Positions 53,715 to 63,924 of a DNA stretch of 64,000 bases are shown one piece after another; positions within the stretch are counted from its first letter, which is position 1, and each line of letters starts with the position of its first letter. The position numbers were made by a program, and so were the translations under genes. Source of the DNA: an uncultured Gemmatimonadota bacterium (GTDB lineage Bacteria; SM23-81; DAOVCL01); contig CAZVGK010000006.1 in the NCBI GenBank assembly GCA_964626665.1, forward strand, positions 32,001 to 96,000. The letters are read 5' to 3'. Under the pieces are notes generated by a model. That model saw only the letters and a list, made by a program, of their open reading frames with translations. It made no database searches and had not been told where the DNA came from.

Positions 53715-56707
53715 ATTAGATCTCCAAATGGTTTTTGCCAGGCTTCCTTCAATTCACGAACAGACTTTTGAATGATTTTCTCCCTTTTGAGGCCATTTAT
53801 GACCAATTTTCCCGCCTGAGTAATTCTTCCCACACAGGCGTGAGGGAAGCCATTGAAAATTTTCTCAAATCTTCCCCTATTCTCGGACGCTATAGTCAGG
53901 ATAAATCTTCCCGCTGACTCTGAATAGAGAATTTTGTCATCCCTTGCCAACTTCTCGAGGGGTATTTTGCTCAAGTCAATATCCATTCCCAGTCCACCCC
54001 CCATACCAACCAGGGCAAGATGAACCCCCAGGCCACCTCGATATATCCCGTGGGCAGAAGCTACAATACCTTCATTGATTGCCCTATGCAGTAGCTTGTA
54101 TAAGCTAAGAACTTCCTCTGGCTTTACCTGGGGGACGTTCAGGCCCGTGTATCCGAACCTATCGTAGTATTCTGAGCCGCCAAGCTCGTCTTTAGTTATC
54201 CCCAATATGTAAACCAGGTCGCCGGGGATCTTTGCCTCCATTGTCAGGCATTTTCTCACATCCTCGATCACGCTGGTGGCCGTGAATTGGATTGTGGGTA
54301 ATCCGGATACCTTATGTCTCTCCCCGTATCTCCCTTCCAACTCTCCGTCAATGTACATGCTGTCCTTTCCAGAAAGCAGGGGAATTCCAAATGCTAGGCA
54401 GCACTGCTTTAGTGCCAGGCCTGCTCTAACCAGTTGAGCGGCCTTAAACTTTCCGTCAGGATTTCTCTGGGCATCATATTGGATATTGGGCCAGCAGAAG
54501 TTGTCCAACCCTCCAATGTGATCGGGGTCTCCGCCAACGGCAATTAACCTCCTTACTGCCTCATCAATGGTGGAGGCGGTCATATGATAGGTATCGATCT
54601 TGCTGTAAGTGGGATTAAGTGCCTGGGTAATGGCGATTCCCCTCACCGATTCTAGCACTGGCCTGATGACCACAGCGTCGCTATCAATGTCCCTATCCCT
54701 TCCCACAAGGGGTTTTATTACACTGCCCCCCTGAACCTCGTGGTCATACTGGCGCACAATCCACTCCTTGGAGCAGATGTTCGGTCTGGAGAGCATATCC
54801 AGCAGGAGTCGATCATGGTCGACCACCTCCTTGAGCACCGGTTCCTGGAGGCCGCGCAACTGGGGTGGTATCCACTCCGCATCAAACTCCCATTGGGGGA
54901 ATTCCGATTGCAAAAGATCCATATGCACATAGGCACAGGTCTTGCCTTTGTATTTAAGGTGCAGCTTCCCAGTATCCGTATATTTGCCGATGACAGTGCT
55001 TTCCACATCGTGCTTTCTGGAGAGCTTAAGGAACCTGGTTCGGTTTTCGGGCTTAATGGCTACTGTCATTCTCTCCTGAGATTCCGAAACCCATATCTCC
55101 CACTGGTCAAGCCCTTCGTACTTCAGGGGTACCTTCTCTAAGTGGACTTCACAGCCATTACTGAACCTTGCGGTCTCCCCAATGGATGAGGAGAGACCTC
55201 CCCCCCCATTGTCGGTTATAAACTCAATTAAGCCCTTATCCCGTGCCTCAAGTAGGAAGTCGTGCATCTTTTTCTGAGTATAGGGGTCTCCAATTTGCAC
55301 ATGCCCAGCAGGAGTATGCTCGGTATAAGCCTCCGAAGCTGCGGTAACCCCGTGGATGCCGTCCTTGCCCACCCTGCCTCCGGTCATTATGAGCAGATCA
55401 CCAGCGTGAGTGGTCTTTTTATCCGCTGGCATCCCATTGATCACGGAAGGCATAATGCCCATGGAAGTGACAAATACCAGGCATTTACCCATAAAGCTCT
55501 CATCAAAGAAGACCTTTCCAAAGGCAGTGGGGATACCGCTTTTGTTTCCACCGTCCTTTACCCCCTCAATGACCCCGTCGAGAAGCCGTCTGGGATGCAG
55601 ATGGGGTTTTAGATCTCCACTATAATCCCGCGGCCCAATACAGTATCCATAGGTCCCCAGGATGAGCTTCGAGCCTTTGCCCGTGCCCATAGGGTCCCTA
55701 TATACCCCTACAATCCCGGTAATGGCCCCACCGTAGGCCTCCACATTGGAAGGGCTGTTGTGGGTCTCTCCGGTGATGGTGTAGAAATGATGCTCATCGA
55801 ACCTTCCCACGCCGGCATTATCCCAGAGCACGGATATAACCCACGGCTTTTTCTTTTTAATCTCCAAAGTCGGTTCCTCAATACATCTCTTGAACAGGTT
55901 GTCGATGAGCTTCTCCTCGCCAGTTGCCAGGTCCCTGTATCTGAAAAGGCCCCTGAAGGTGTTATGATTGCAGTGGTCACTGCGTGCTTGAGCGATGTAT
56001 TCCAGCTCCACATCAGTAGGCAGGCTAAGCCCGACCCTTCTCCGCTCTTTCTGGACATTTTTCCTTAAGAAATACTCCCTGATGGTTGGTATATCTCGAG
56101 GATTGAGGGCCAGGTTGCGCTCATCGCTTATTCTCCTCAACTCCTCATCGCTTACCATTGGAATGGGGGTGACTGCGGGCTCGTGCTCCAGAATGACCCT
56201 GGGAATATTAAGTCCGATGCCCTCTTTCTTGTCCCACTCAGTGAGGCTGAATATCTTCCACTGCTGGATTAAGTCATTGGCCAGAAGCTCACGAGCTATG
56301 CGATTAACATCACTGCGGCTCAAATTTCCACCCTTAAGGAAGTAGAGTTTTGATGTGTAGGCTGCCTCTTCCTTTTTGAATTTTACCTTCAATAGATCTT
56401 CAATGGCCTCCACGGCCGTGCTTCCTGCTGGATCCCTTACGCCGGGCAGGTAGCCCACCCATATAGCCCAGTCGAAATCAAAAGCCAAGGGCTCAAAGGA
56501 GGAGAGCTGGGTTACCGGATTGGTGAATATCTTTATCCGGGCCTCTTCAAGCTGCTCTGGGGAGAGGGAAGAGTCAATGGTTATCACGTGGACCGTTCGG
56601 ATGGAATCCAATTCAAATCCGAAGTAATCCCTGGCCTTTCTTTTAATACTCTCGCCCTCGGCATCGAACAGTTGTGGCTTGAGCGATATTTCCAGTCTTG
56701 CAGGCAT
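53711..56707 (-). CDS. purL: Phosphoribosylformylglycinamidine synthase PurL with N-terminal PurS-like domains
   Basis: SDHCNH, ETHNSPS, GKDGIHG, DNGGGGLSS, SESQERM, QYDHEVQ, DNFCWP. Confidence 0.93.
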   Translation of the reverse strand: MPARLEISLKPQLFDAEGESIKRKARDYFGFELDSIRTVHVITIDSSLSPEQLEEARIKIFTNPVTQLSSFEPLAFDFDWAIWVGYLPGVRDPAGSTAVEAIEDLLKVKFKKEEAAYTSKLYFLKGGNLSRSDVNRIARELLANDLIQQWKIFSLTEWDKKEGIGLNIPRVILEHEPAVTPIPMVSDEELRRISDERNLALNPRDIPTIREYFLRKNVQKERRRVGLSLPTDVELEYIAQARSDHCNHNTFRGLFRYRDLATGEEKLIDNLFKRCIEEPTLEIKKKKPWVISVLWDNAGVGRFDEHHFYTITGETHNSPSNVEAYGGAITGIVGVYRDPMGTGKGSKLILGTYGYCIGPRDYSGDLKPHLHPRRLLDGVIEGVKDGGNKSGIPTAFGKVFFDESFMGKCLVFVTSMGIMPSVINGMPADKKTTHAGDLLIMTGGRVGKDGIHGVTAASEAYTEHTPAGHVQIGDPYTQKKMHDFLLEARDKGLIEFITDNGGGGLSSSIGETARFSNGCEVHLEKVPLKYEGLDQWEIWVSESQERMTVAIKPENRTRFLKLSRKHDVESTVIGKYTDTGKLHLKYKGKTCAYVHMDLLQSEFPQWEFDAEWIPPQLRGLQEPVLKEVVDHDRLLLDMLSRPNICSKEWIVRQYDHEVQGGSVIKPLVGRDRDIDSDAVVIRPVLESVRGIAITQALNPTYSKIDTYHMTASTIDEAVRRLIAVGGDPDHIGGLDNFCWPNIQYDAQRNPDGKFKAAQLVRAGLALKQCCLAFGIPLLSGKDSMYIDGELEGRYGERHKVSGLPTIQFTATSVIEDVRKCLTMEAKIPGDLVYILGITKDELGGSEYYDRFGYTGLNVPQVKPEEVLSLYKLLHRAINEGIVASAHGIYRGGLGVHLALVGMGGGLGMDIDLSKIPLEKLARDDKILYSESAGRFILTIASENRGRFEKIFNGFPHACVGRITQAGKLVINGLKREKIIQKSVRELKEAWQKPFGDLI

Positions 56708-57331
56708 GAGGTTACCTCATTGAAGAATTTCGAATTTCCATCTTTAGACAGGATTGACAGGATGATCAGGACAAACAACCTCATTCATTAAACACCGAAA
56801 ATCACTAAAATAACAAGAAATCCTAAAGAAGAATGTGCGTTATAAATAACTATTCGGTAGTTTCGGTGTCATTCAGCGTTCTCTTGTATAATAAAAGTGT
56901 GCTGTCAGGAGTTACCTCCTGACAGCCCTTACGGGATGAATAAAGATCCTGTTAATCCCGTTATCCTGTCAAAGAAAGTTCCGCCAATTACGGCTAAGTT
57001 CAATTTCCCAGAATTTCCGCTGGGTCGGGGGCTGTTTGAAGCCCCGAGGTAGGTCGGAATTCAATTATGACAGCTCTGCAATCCGAGTCTTGACGCAGGT
57101 CGGGAAGGATCGGTGAGCCCCGATGGAGAAGTTAGCGACCAAAGGGAGCTAAGTTCTGCAGGGTGGTTTGCCAGTCCTGGGCCGGGGAGGCGGAGCTTCG
57201 CTAAAAGTTTGCCCATCAACCAATCCATTTTGGAGCCGAAAAGTTAGTCACTCTTTAGAAGGGAGAAATTTTTCGCCTGGCCTTTGCCTTTTAATGGGGT
57301 GTCATCTGTTGTGATGGACTCATCATCAAAT

Positions 57332-57724
57332 CTATGACTCCCAGGGCATACTATACCAATTTGCAAATTCTTGAACAGCAGATTCTGCAATGCTATACCC
57401 AATTCCCCTTGCACTATTCCGTCTTGAATTAACCTGTGAATCCTCAAATAGTTTTTCCACAATTGGCAAAAGCAAATCGAGGGCTTCATCGTAATCGGTT
57501 CCCTGTGATGTAATGTATAACGAATATGCAACTGATCTCTCTTCCGGATCGCTACCATATTTTTCATAAGCAACTCCCGAGGCGTATTGAAGCATAGATG
57601 CGATCATAGGGGCTAAACGATGTGTTCGTCCCTTAGGAACTAATTGGTGCAGCATATCAATCCAGACCGAATAGACTTTATCTCCAACAATTTCTTTGAG
57701 ACTACCTTGATTTCCCTTTGCCAT
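57332..57724 (-). CDS. Hypothetical protein (130 aa)
   Basis: AAGGGG RBS, ATG; plausible protein ending FANWYSMPWES. Confidence 0.65.
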   Translation of the reverse strand: MAKGNQGSLKEIVGDKVYSVWIDMLHQLVPKGRTHRLAPMIASMLQYASGVAYEKYGSDPEERSVAYSLYITSQGTDYDEALDLLLPIVEKLFEDSQVNSRRNSARGIGYSIAESAVQEFANWYSMPWES

Positions 57725-57761
57725 AGTATTCGACCCCTTTCTTTGTATTGCCCACCATTTC

Positions 57762-57850
57762 GGATAACAGGACAGCGGGTAGGTGAAGCCCGAACTTGTC
57801 GGGATTTGGGGACAGCGAGAGCAAAGCTGCTTACCTTCCTTAAGTTAAAT
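57762..57850 (-). mobile_element. Degenerate attC-like site upstream of the hypothetical gene
   Basis: Minus strand ATTTAAC...CCCAAATCC...CTTCACCTACCCGC...GTTATCC-GAAAT; similar length and internal motifs to 1455..1544. Confidence 0.4.
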
Positions 57851-57950
57851 GGCATAGACCTACTTCACAAAACCTAAAGTCTATATAGGCCACCAGCTTG
57901 AATAGGTTATTGGATCTGCAAAAAATTCGATGACTCCTTTTGCTGCCAAG

Positions 57951-60900
57951 CTACTTTTCAAACTCTATGGTCCCCTTCTCCACTTCTGGATAAATACCAT
58001 CAATTTCCCTCTGGATTTCAATTGTCATTTGCAGGGTGGTAACGACCTTGCAGTAATGTTTTATCTCATCAAGGGATAATCTTTTTCCTTTTCTATCTTT
58101 CAACCATTTGTGACAAACCTGATAGCCCCCGATCTGATATTGCCAGACCTCTTTTGGAATTCCCTCAAAATACTGGCTCGGATTTACATAGACATGCCTT
58201 TCTTTTTCATCATACCTCAATTTTTCAACTTTTTCATCTCCTTTACCCCGGAATTTAGCGAGGGTTGGGTCAAGTTCTGCTGATTTTAAAAGATGCAGCG
58301 AAACAAGCTTTTTCCCATATTCTGCCATTTCGCTGAACAGTTTGTAATCTTTGGTAAAAGGAATCCTTGGGAAATCCATCTTTAGGAACTCAGCGTATTT
58401 TGTGCGATAGATATTGGAATAGAGGACAGCGTAGATGTAACAGAAAATTTGTTCGGGTATTGGTGTTTTCTCAAAAACTTTTTCTAATTGATCAACTATT
58501 GTAGGAGACAAATTCGGTCTTTTTGCCTTATAGTCAGTCTTTGGCTCAAAGAGCATCATGGCACTTCCTGAGGGCCGTTTTGGGGGTTCGTCTTTCAGGT
58601 GATGGATATAGAGAGGGAAAACATTAGAAATTGAAACAGCGGAAGTTATCGAATGAGCATCTATTATTAAATCGGTTACAAAAACAGGCTGTATTCCTGA
58701 CTTGTCCATCTGCCTTGCTGTGATCAACCCCAAATTCTCCTGCAACATATGATGCATAACTTCAGGGCGGGGCATACAATGAAATCCACGAGATTTACCT
58801 GTGTAATAGGTATATCTTATGTCAAATGGTCTGTATAGGATTGGCACTACTTTCTTCTTGTCCAAACCACTATCCGACAAATCCTTTTGGGCCAATTCAA
58901 CCTTCCAATCCCTCGCATCTTTGCCCAAATTATAGGCTAACCGTGCTAATTCGATGTCCATTTTAGAAAAGTTTAGCACAGTGCGCCAAATCTCCTCAGG
59001 TGACCACCTTATCGTCAATTTATCCCTTGCTGTGACTATTCCCACGCTATTTAATGGGAAAATATCGGTTATCTTTGGATACTTTCCATAACTTTCCATA
59101 AGCCGTTCATCTCTGGGAATAAAAAGGTAAAATCCAGATTTGGGAGACAATTTTTTCCAGTCGGTTGTTTTTAGATCATGCTCCAAAAGCCAATCATACT
59201 TATGTTGTCGCAAACCCCACGCATCAGCGTGGTAGGTGTTGCATTTATGCCTCTTTGGCTTTTCTTTGGTTTCCGTTTTCTCAAAAAGGCTCTTTTGAGG
59301 TGAAGGACGAAACATAGGATATAACGGTTCCTCTTTCTTTTCTTGTCTTTTTATGAAGAGAACAATAGCCACTCCTTGGCGGATGTCAAAGACATTCTCG
59401 TCTTTAGATCCGTCAGGGCATTTCTCTTTCTTCAGGCTGTTACCATGCAAATCTAGGATATAAATCTCGTTGAAACTGCTCATCAGGGATTGCCGCATCC
59501 CCCTGAAGGTGGGATTATCCAGATAGCTGTGATTGGTGATAAACCCTAAAACTCCTTCACCCGCCTGGTCTATCTTCCATTGCGCGAAACGGATGAATTT
59601 GACATAATCATCTTGCAGCCATTTGGGATTCTTTTCCCCGAGGGCTTTGCCATCAACAAATTTGTAATCCTCAATGAGGTTACCTATCCAGGTTCTTATC
59701 TTCTTTCTTTTTTCCTGCCCATTCTTTGCCTTTATAGTGATGTATTTTACACTTACATTTGCGGAGTGTCCAGAATAAGGAGGATTACCAAGTATCACCA
59801 GAATAGGCTGTTCTTTCTTGACTTCGCCTGCCAAATGGGATTCTTTGGAAAGCGAAGCCATACCAGGAAGCTCGGTTTGGGCGAGTTCCTCCATCTCCAG
59901 GGTATTGGTGAGATAGAGCTTGAACCTATCGTCCGCTTGGAGTTTGTAGCCCAATTCTTCCAGGAGAAAAGACATCTTCAAATGACCAACTGCGTAAGGT
60001 GCCATCATCAGTTCAAAGGCATAGAAGTTTCTCAATATGTGCTCTTTAATCAAACTCTGCCTTCCGCCTTCCCCGTATTTGAAGACGAATTCCTCCATTG
60101 CCAACTTGGCTGCTTCAGCCAAGAAGGTAAGAGTGCCTGCCGCAGGGTCTAAAACCGTAACAGATTCACTGGCGAATCCGTCCGTTCGATTAAAATGTTT
60201 CTTCAGAATATGATGCAAGGAACGGACGATATAGGAAACCACGGGCTCTGGAGTATAATAAACTCCTCTCTTTTCCCTCGTTCGTGGATCGTATTCAGCC
60301 AAGAAGGTCTCATAAAAATGGACGATAGGGTCTTTGCCCTTGCCCTCGTGAAAATACTGGTGAAGGATATTTCTCACATCAGTAACCGCTAAAACTTCCG
60401 AAATATCATCAATAATCCATTCCATCTGCTGGGGTAAGTCTCCAAGTGAAATGAAATTGAAAACATCTCTTAAAATTCCGATAGTATGTGGAATATTATC
60501 GTAGGCAAGTTTTCTGTTAAAGCTGTTCTCTGATCGGGTGCGGGCAGCAAAAAGGCCGTAGGTGATGGTTTGGGAGTAAAGATCGGCAAATTCCTCTTTG
60601 GAGAGGCCGCTGATGAGGAATTTCCTGAATGCCTCATAAAACCCTATGATAAATCCCTTTCCCGTTTTTTCCTCTTCTTTTAACTCCTCAGCAACAACCT
60701 CATCCTTTAAGAAGCGTGTCCGCTTTGCTAATTCCACCGCCAGGGTTTTAGCATCGTAGACTCTCGGCAAAGAGAAAGAGAAGAATTTCTCCAGCAGGTT
60801 TAGAAAAGCTGATTCTTTTTCTACCGGCGGAATGGTTTTGAGTTTATGCACAATAAAAGGTCTGGCGATAAGGACCTTATCTATCAAATTGCCATTGCGA

Positions 60901-61235
60901 TAGAGTCTGAATTCAAAGAAGTTGGTCAATATCAAATTCGGGAATGTATGCAGATAGCGTTCTAACTGCTCTGATGTCTCTACCTGGTCTAAATACTCAA
61001 CTGTTGGTGCTTTGGCCTCAATATACCCTACAATATGCTGTGATCCATCCCAGATTCTAAAATCGGGATTGCCGGCTTCCGTCTTCTTTGGTAGCGTGGT
61101 TATGTGGATATTCCTTCTGTCCACTGATTCTGTATATTCCTTAAACAATCCATCAAGAACAGAGTAGTAACTCTCCTCCCTGGCATCTCCACGCTTAGCA
61201 ATCTCATATATTTTCTTCAAATACGATTTGAGCAT
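57951..61235 (-). CDS. Single-chain restriction-modification enzyme (Type IIG-like, Type ISP-like C-terminal specificity region)
   Basis: PDFRIW...YIEAK nuclease; RGVYYTP, LDPAAGT, GNPPY N6A-MTase motifs; YRPFD, IGGYQVCHKWLKDRK C-terminus. Confidence 0.9.
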   Translation of the reverse strand: MLKSYLKKIYEIAKRGDAREESYYSVLDGLFKEYTESVDRRNIHITTLPKKTEAGNPDFRIWDGSQHIVGYIEAKAPTVEYLDQVETSEQLERYLHTFPNLILTNFFEFRLYRNGNLIDKVLIARPFIVHKLKTIPPVEKESAFLNLLEKFFSFSLPRVYDAKTLAVELAKRTRFLKDEVVAEELKEEEKTGKGFIIGFYEAFRKFLISGLSKEEFADLYSQTITYGLFAARTRSENSFNRKLAYDNIPHTIGILRDVFNFISLGDLPQQMEWIIDDISEVLAVTDVRNILHQYFHEGKGKDPIVHFYETFLAEYDPRTREKRGVYYTPEPVVSYIVRSLHHILKKHFNRTDGFASESVTVLDPAAGTLTFLAEAAKLAMEEFVFKYGEGGRQSLIKEHILRNFYAFELMMAPYAVGHLKMSFLLEELGYKLQADDRFKLYLTNTLEMEELAQTELPGMASLSKESHLAGEVKKEQPILVILGNPPYSGHSANVSVKYITIKAKNGQEKRKKIRTWIGNLIEDYKFVDGKALGEKNPKWLQDDYVKFIRFAQWKIDQAGEGVLGFITNHSYLDNPTFRGMRQSLMSSFNEIYILDLHGNSLKKEKCPDGSKDENVFDIRQGVAIVLFIKRQEKKEEPLYPMFRPSPQKSLFEKTETKEKPKRHKCNTYHADAWGLRQHKYDWLLEHDLKTTDWKKLSPKSGFYLFIPRDERLMESYGKYPKITDIFPLNSVGIVTARDKLTIRWSPEEIWRTVLNFSKMDIELARLAYNLGKDARDWKVELAQKDLSDSGLDKKKVVPILYRPFDIRYTYYTGKSRGFHCMPRPEVMHHMLQENLGLITARQMDKSGIQPVFVTDLIIDAHSITSAVSISNVFPLYIHHLKDEPPKRPSGSAMMLFEPKTDYKAKRPNLSPTIVDQLEKVFEKTPIPEQIFCYIYAVLYSNIYRTKYAEFLKMDFPRIPFTKDYKLFSEMAEYGKKLVSLHLLKSAELDPTLAKFRGKGDEKVEKLRYDEKERHVYVNPSQYFEGIPKEVWQYQIGGYQVCHKWLKDRKGKRLSLDEIKHYCKVVTTLQMTIEIQREIDGIYPEVEKGTIEFEK

Positions 61236-61561
61236 TTTACCTTTCTTAATAATTTGGGATTCTTAGGCACAGTATCCAAATCCATTTTCTCCTTGATAGG
61301 GGATCGAAATGAATATAAGCAGGTTGTCACCCAAAATCAAGCTAAATGAGGGACTCCAATGACAGAGAACCTCACAAGGTTACCATTCACCAAAGCAGAG
61401 CTGTCAGGAGGTAACTCCTGACAGCACACTTTTTAGGACCCTCATTTTGTATATCTTGTGATAATCTTGTGGAATCTCGTGGTTTCTTACTGCATAATCT
61501 GGGGTTATTTATTCTGGTCATCCTGTCTAGTAAAAAGGAATTTCCATCGAATTGGAGAGGC

Positions 61562-61590
61562 TTGACAATTAACTCCCGGGGGTGTATTTT
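61562..61590 (+). promoter_or_regulatory. sigma70-type promoter
   Basis: TTGACA-17-TATTTT, 7 nt before ATG 61598. Confidence 0.65.
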
Positions 61591-61597
61591 AAAGGAG

Positions 61598-63661
61598 ATG
61601 AAAGCAAACCATATTATCCTTCTCTTTCTCCTCCTTCTCTCCTGTTCCCATCCCCCGCGTCCCACCAGTGATGAGGTGGCAAAGCGTTATTCGGCTGCTG
61701 TAGAGCTCTATAAAGAGGGGAGGGTGGAGGAGGCGACAGGGGAGCTGGAGGAAGTCGTCAGGCTCTATCCTAATTTTGCTCCTGCCCATAATCTCTTAGG
61801 TGAGATCTACCGCAGGAGGGAAGACCTCTTGAGCAGGTTCAAATCTGAAAAGGAGCTGAGAAAGGCAACAAGGCTTGAACCTCTAAATCCTGAGTATCAT
61901 CTCAACTTGGGTCTTACCCTGATCAAGAGGGGATTCCAGCACTCAGCCCTTAAGGAGTTTAAGAGGGCATTTGAGCTTGACTCCCTCTGCTTTGATGCAC
62001 TCTATCAGATAGGTCTCATCTGGGAAGAAGAAGGGCTAAAAGTGTTTGACCGGGGGGATTTCCGCAAAGCACAAAAGGCATTTGAATCTGCCTTGAAGGT
62101 TGATCCCACATCTCCTAAGGCCCATTACCATCTCGGCCTCTGTTATTTAGAGCTGGGGCAGTATAGGGAGGCTGAGGCCAGGCTTCGTCGGGCAACCGAG
62201 CTTGACTCCACATTTTATCAGACCCATCTGCTTTTAGGCTATCTCTACCACAAAACCAAAAGGGAGGAGGAGGCAGCAAGGGAGTTTGAGGAGGCCTTCC
62301 GCTGGATGATGACCGCCGAGGAGGTGGTCCCCTATTTGAGCATTAGGCTTATAGCCTCCAAAATGGAATGGGAGAAATACCAAAAAATCCCTTGGAGCCA
62401 GAGGAAGGAATTCCTCCACCGTTTCTGGAAGGAGAGGGATCCTATCCCGACCACAGCTATAAACGAAAGGCAGATCGAACATTATTGTCGAGTGACCTAT
62501 GCCAATCTTCACTTCTCCGTTCCCCCAAAGGGCTTGCCTGGATGGAGGACAAAGAGGGGAGAGGTCTGCATCAGATATGGCGAACCCACCTTCCAGAGAT
62601 GGGTGATGCCAGATGTGCTTCCCAAATTTGGTCTCATCCCCCCCAAATGGGTCTGGTTCTACTCCGATCTCCCCCACCCAGTGGCGCTAACCTTTGCGGA
62701 TAATGGGCTTAATGGAAACTATGATCTCCCTTATCCTGAAAAGAACTGGAGCCCAAAGGATTATCGGGAGAGCACGGGGGCTGTCCTGGCCTCCCTCACC
62801 AACACCTTACCCCAATACTACAGCTATGACTATGGGGGGGAACTGCTCAAATACATTTGTCGTGTCTACCAATTCAGGGGAGAAGGGAGAAAGACCGATG
62901 TGGAGATCTACCTGAGTATTCCCCACCCGGAGCTGGACTTTGTAAGGGGTAAAGGTCTCCCCGCGGCCAGGGTGAAGAAGAGGATAGCGGTATTTGATAA
63001 CCTCTGGAAGAATTTGAAAAGTACGGCCGAGGAGGTTAAGTTTCGGGTTCCTCCTACACAAACATCCAACCCAAACCTGATGGTAGTGGACAGGTCCACC
63101 CTCTCCCTACCCCCTGGAGACTGCACCCTGGCCCTAAACATCAAAGATCTCAATTCAGAGAATTTGGGGATAAGGAAACTTCCTCTAAAGGTGAGGGATT
63201 TCCGGGGAGAGGGGCTTCTCTTAAGCGACCTCGCTTTGGTGGAGAAGGCCCGTCCACGAGAAAGGGGAGATAAATTCGGTAGGGGCGAGCTTCACCTCGT
63301 TCCTCGGTTTTCCTCCCGATACCATAGGAACCAATCCCCCTATCTCTACTATGAGATCTACAACCTGAAAAGAGCCCCCTTCACCAACTACAGGCTAAGC
63401 TATGCCATCATCTTAATCTCCCCGCAGCGGAGCGGGCTCTCCACAGTCTGGAATCGCTTGCTGTCGGTTATCCAGGGGGGACGCTGGGAGTCCATTGTCC
63501 AATCTACACTTAATCAGGGGAGGGCAGAGAATGAGGTGGGCTATTTGGAGGTCGATATGAGCAAAGCAAGGAAGGGAAATTACAGGCTCAGCTTAAAGGT
63601 GGAGGATCTGCATAGCGGCCAGACCGCCGAAGGGTGGGTGGACTTCACCATTGTTGATTAG
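61598..63661 (+). CDS. TPR-containing GWxTD domain lipoprotein
   Basis: LLSC lipobox; TPRs; FWKERDPIPTTAINE, GWRTKRGEVCIRYGEP; C-terminal Ig-like domains. Confidence 0.87.
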   Translation: MKANHIILLFLLLLSCSHPPRPTSDEVAKRYSAAVELYKEGRVEEATGELEEVVRLYPNFAPAHNLLGEIYRRREDLLSRFKSEKELRKATRLEPLNPEYHLNLGLTLIKRGFQHSALKEFKRAFELDSLCFDALYQIGLIWEEEGLKVFDRGDFRKAQKAFESALKVDPTSPKAHYHLGLCYLELGQYREAEARLRRATELDSTFYQTHLLLGYLYHKTKREEEAAREFEEAFRWMMTAEEVVPYLSIRLIASKMEWEKYQKIPWSQRKEFLHRFWKERDPIPTTAINERQIEHYCRVTYANLHFSVPPKGLPGWRTKRGEVCIRYGEPTFQRWVMPDVLPKFGLIPPKWVWFYSDLPHPVALTFADNGLNGNYDLPYPEKNWSPKDYRESTGAVLASLTNTLPQYYSYDYGGELLKYICRVYQFRGEGRKTDVEIYLSIPHPELDFVRGKGLPAARVKKRIAVFDNLWKNLKSTAEEVKFRVPPTQTSNPNLMVVDRSTLSLPPGDCTLALNIKDLNSENLGIRKLPLKVRDFRGEGLLLSDLALVEKARPRERGDKFGRGELHLVPRFSSRYHRNQSPYLYYEIYNLKRAPFTNYRLSYAIILISPQRSGLSTVWNRLLSVIQGGRWESIVQSTLNQGRAENEVGYLEVDMSKARKGNYRLSLKVEDLHSGQTAEGWVDFTIVD

Positions 63662-63700
63662 ATAAGCTTTTAGAACTTAGCTCGCTTCAGCGACACCTTT

Positions 63701-63924
63701 TTGACAGGATGAACAGGATTTACAGGATTTTTATGACAAGATGTCAGAATACATCGTTCTGTGAACGGGGATGAATGACATCCTTATAGTTCCCTCTCCC
63801 CTGGTGGGAGAAGGTTCACCCCCTCCTTAGTCCTCCCCCATCAAGGGGGAGGAGACTGTTTTGGATGCTTCGTCCTGTGAGTAGGGAGGTTCACTTATCC
63901 TGATCATCCTGTCAATCCTGTCTA
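63701..63924. repeat. Inverted 9-mer arrays (ACAGGATKR) enclosing CCCTCTCCC..GGGAGA hairpins
   Basis: GACAGGATGAACAGGATTTACAGGAT ... ATCCTGATCATCCTGTCAATCCTGTC; same family at 56744..56972. Confidence 0.7.

Noticed and set aside
56708-57250. Purine/ZTP/PRPP riboswitch upstream of purL
   Set aside because: No recognisable consensus on the minus strand; the region consists of repeat families seen elsewhere. An Rfam scan would settle it.
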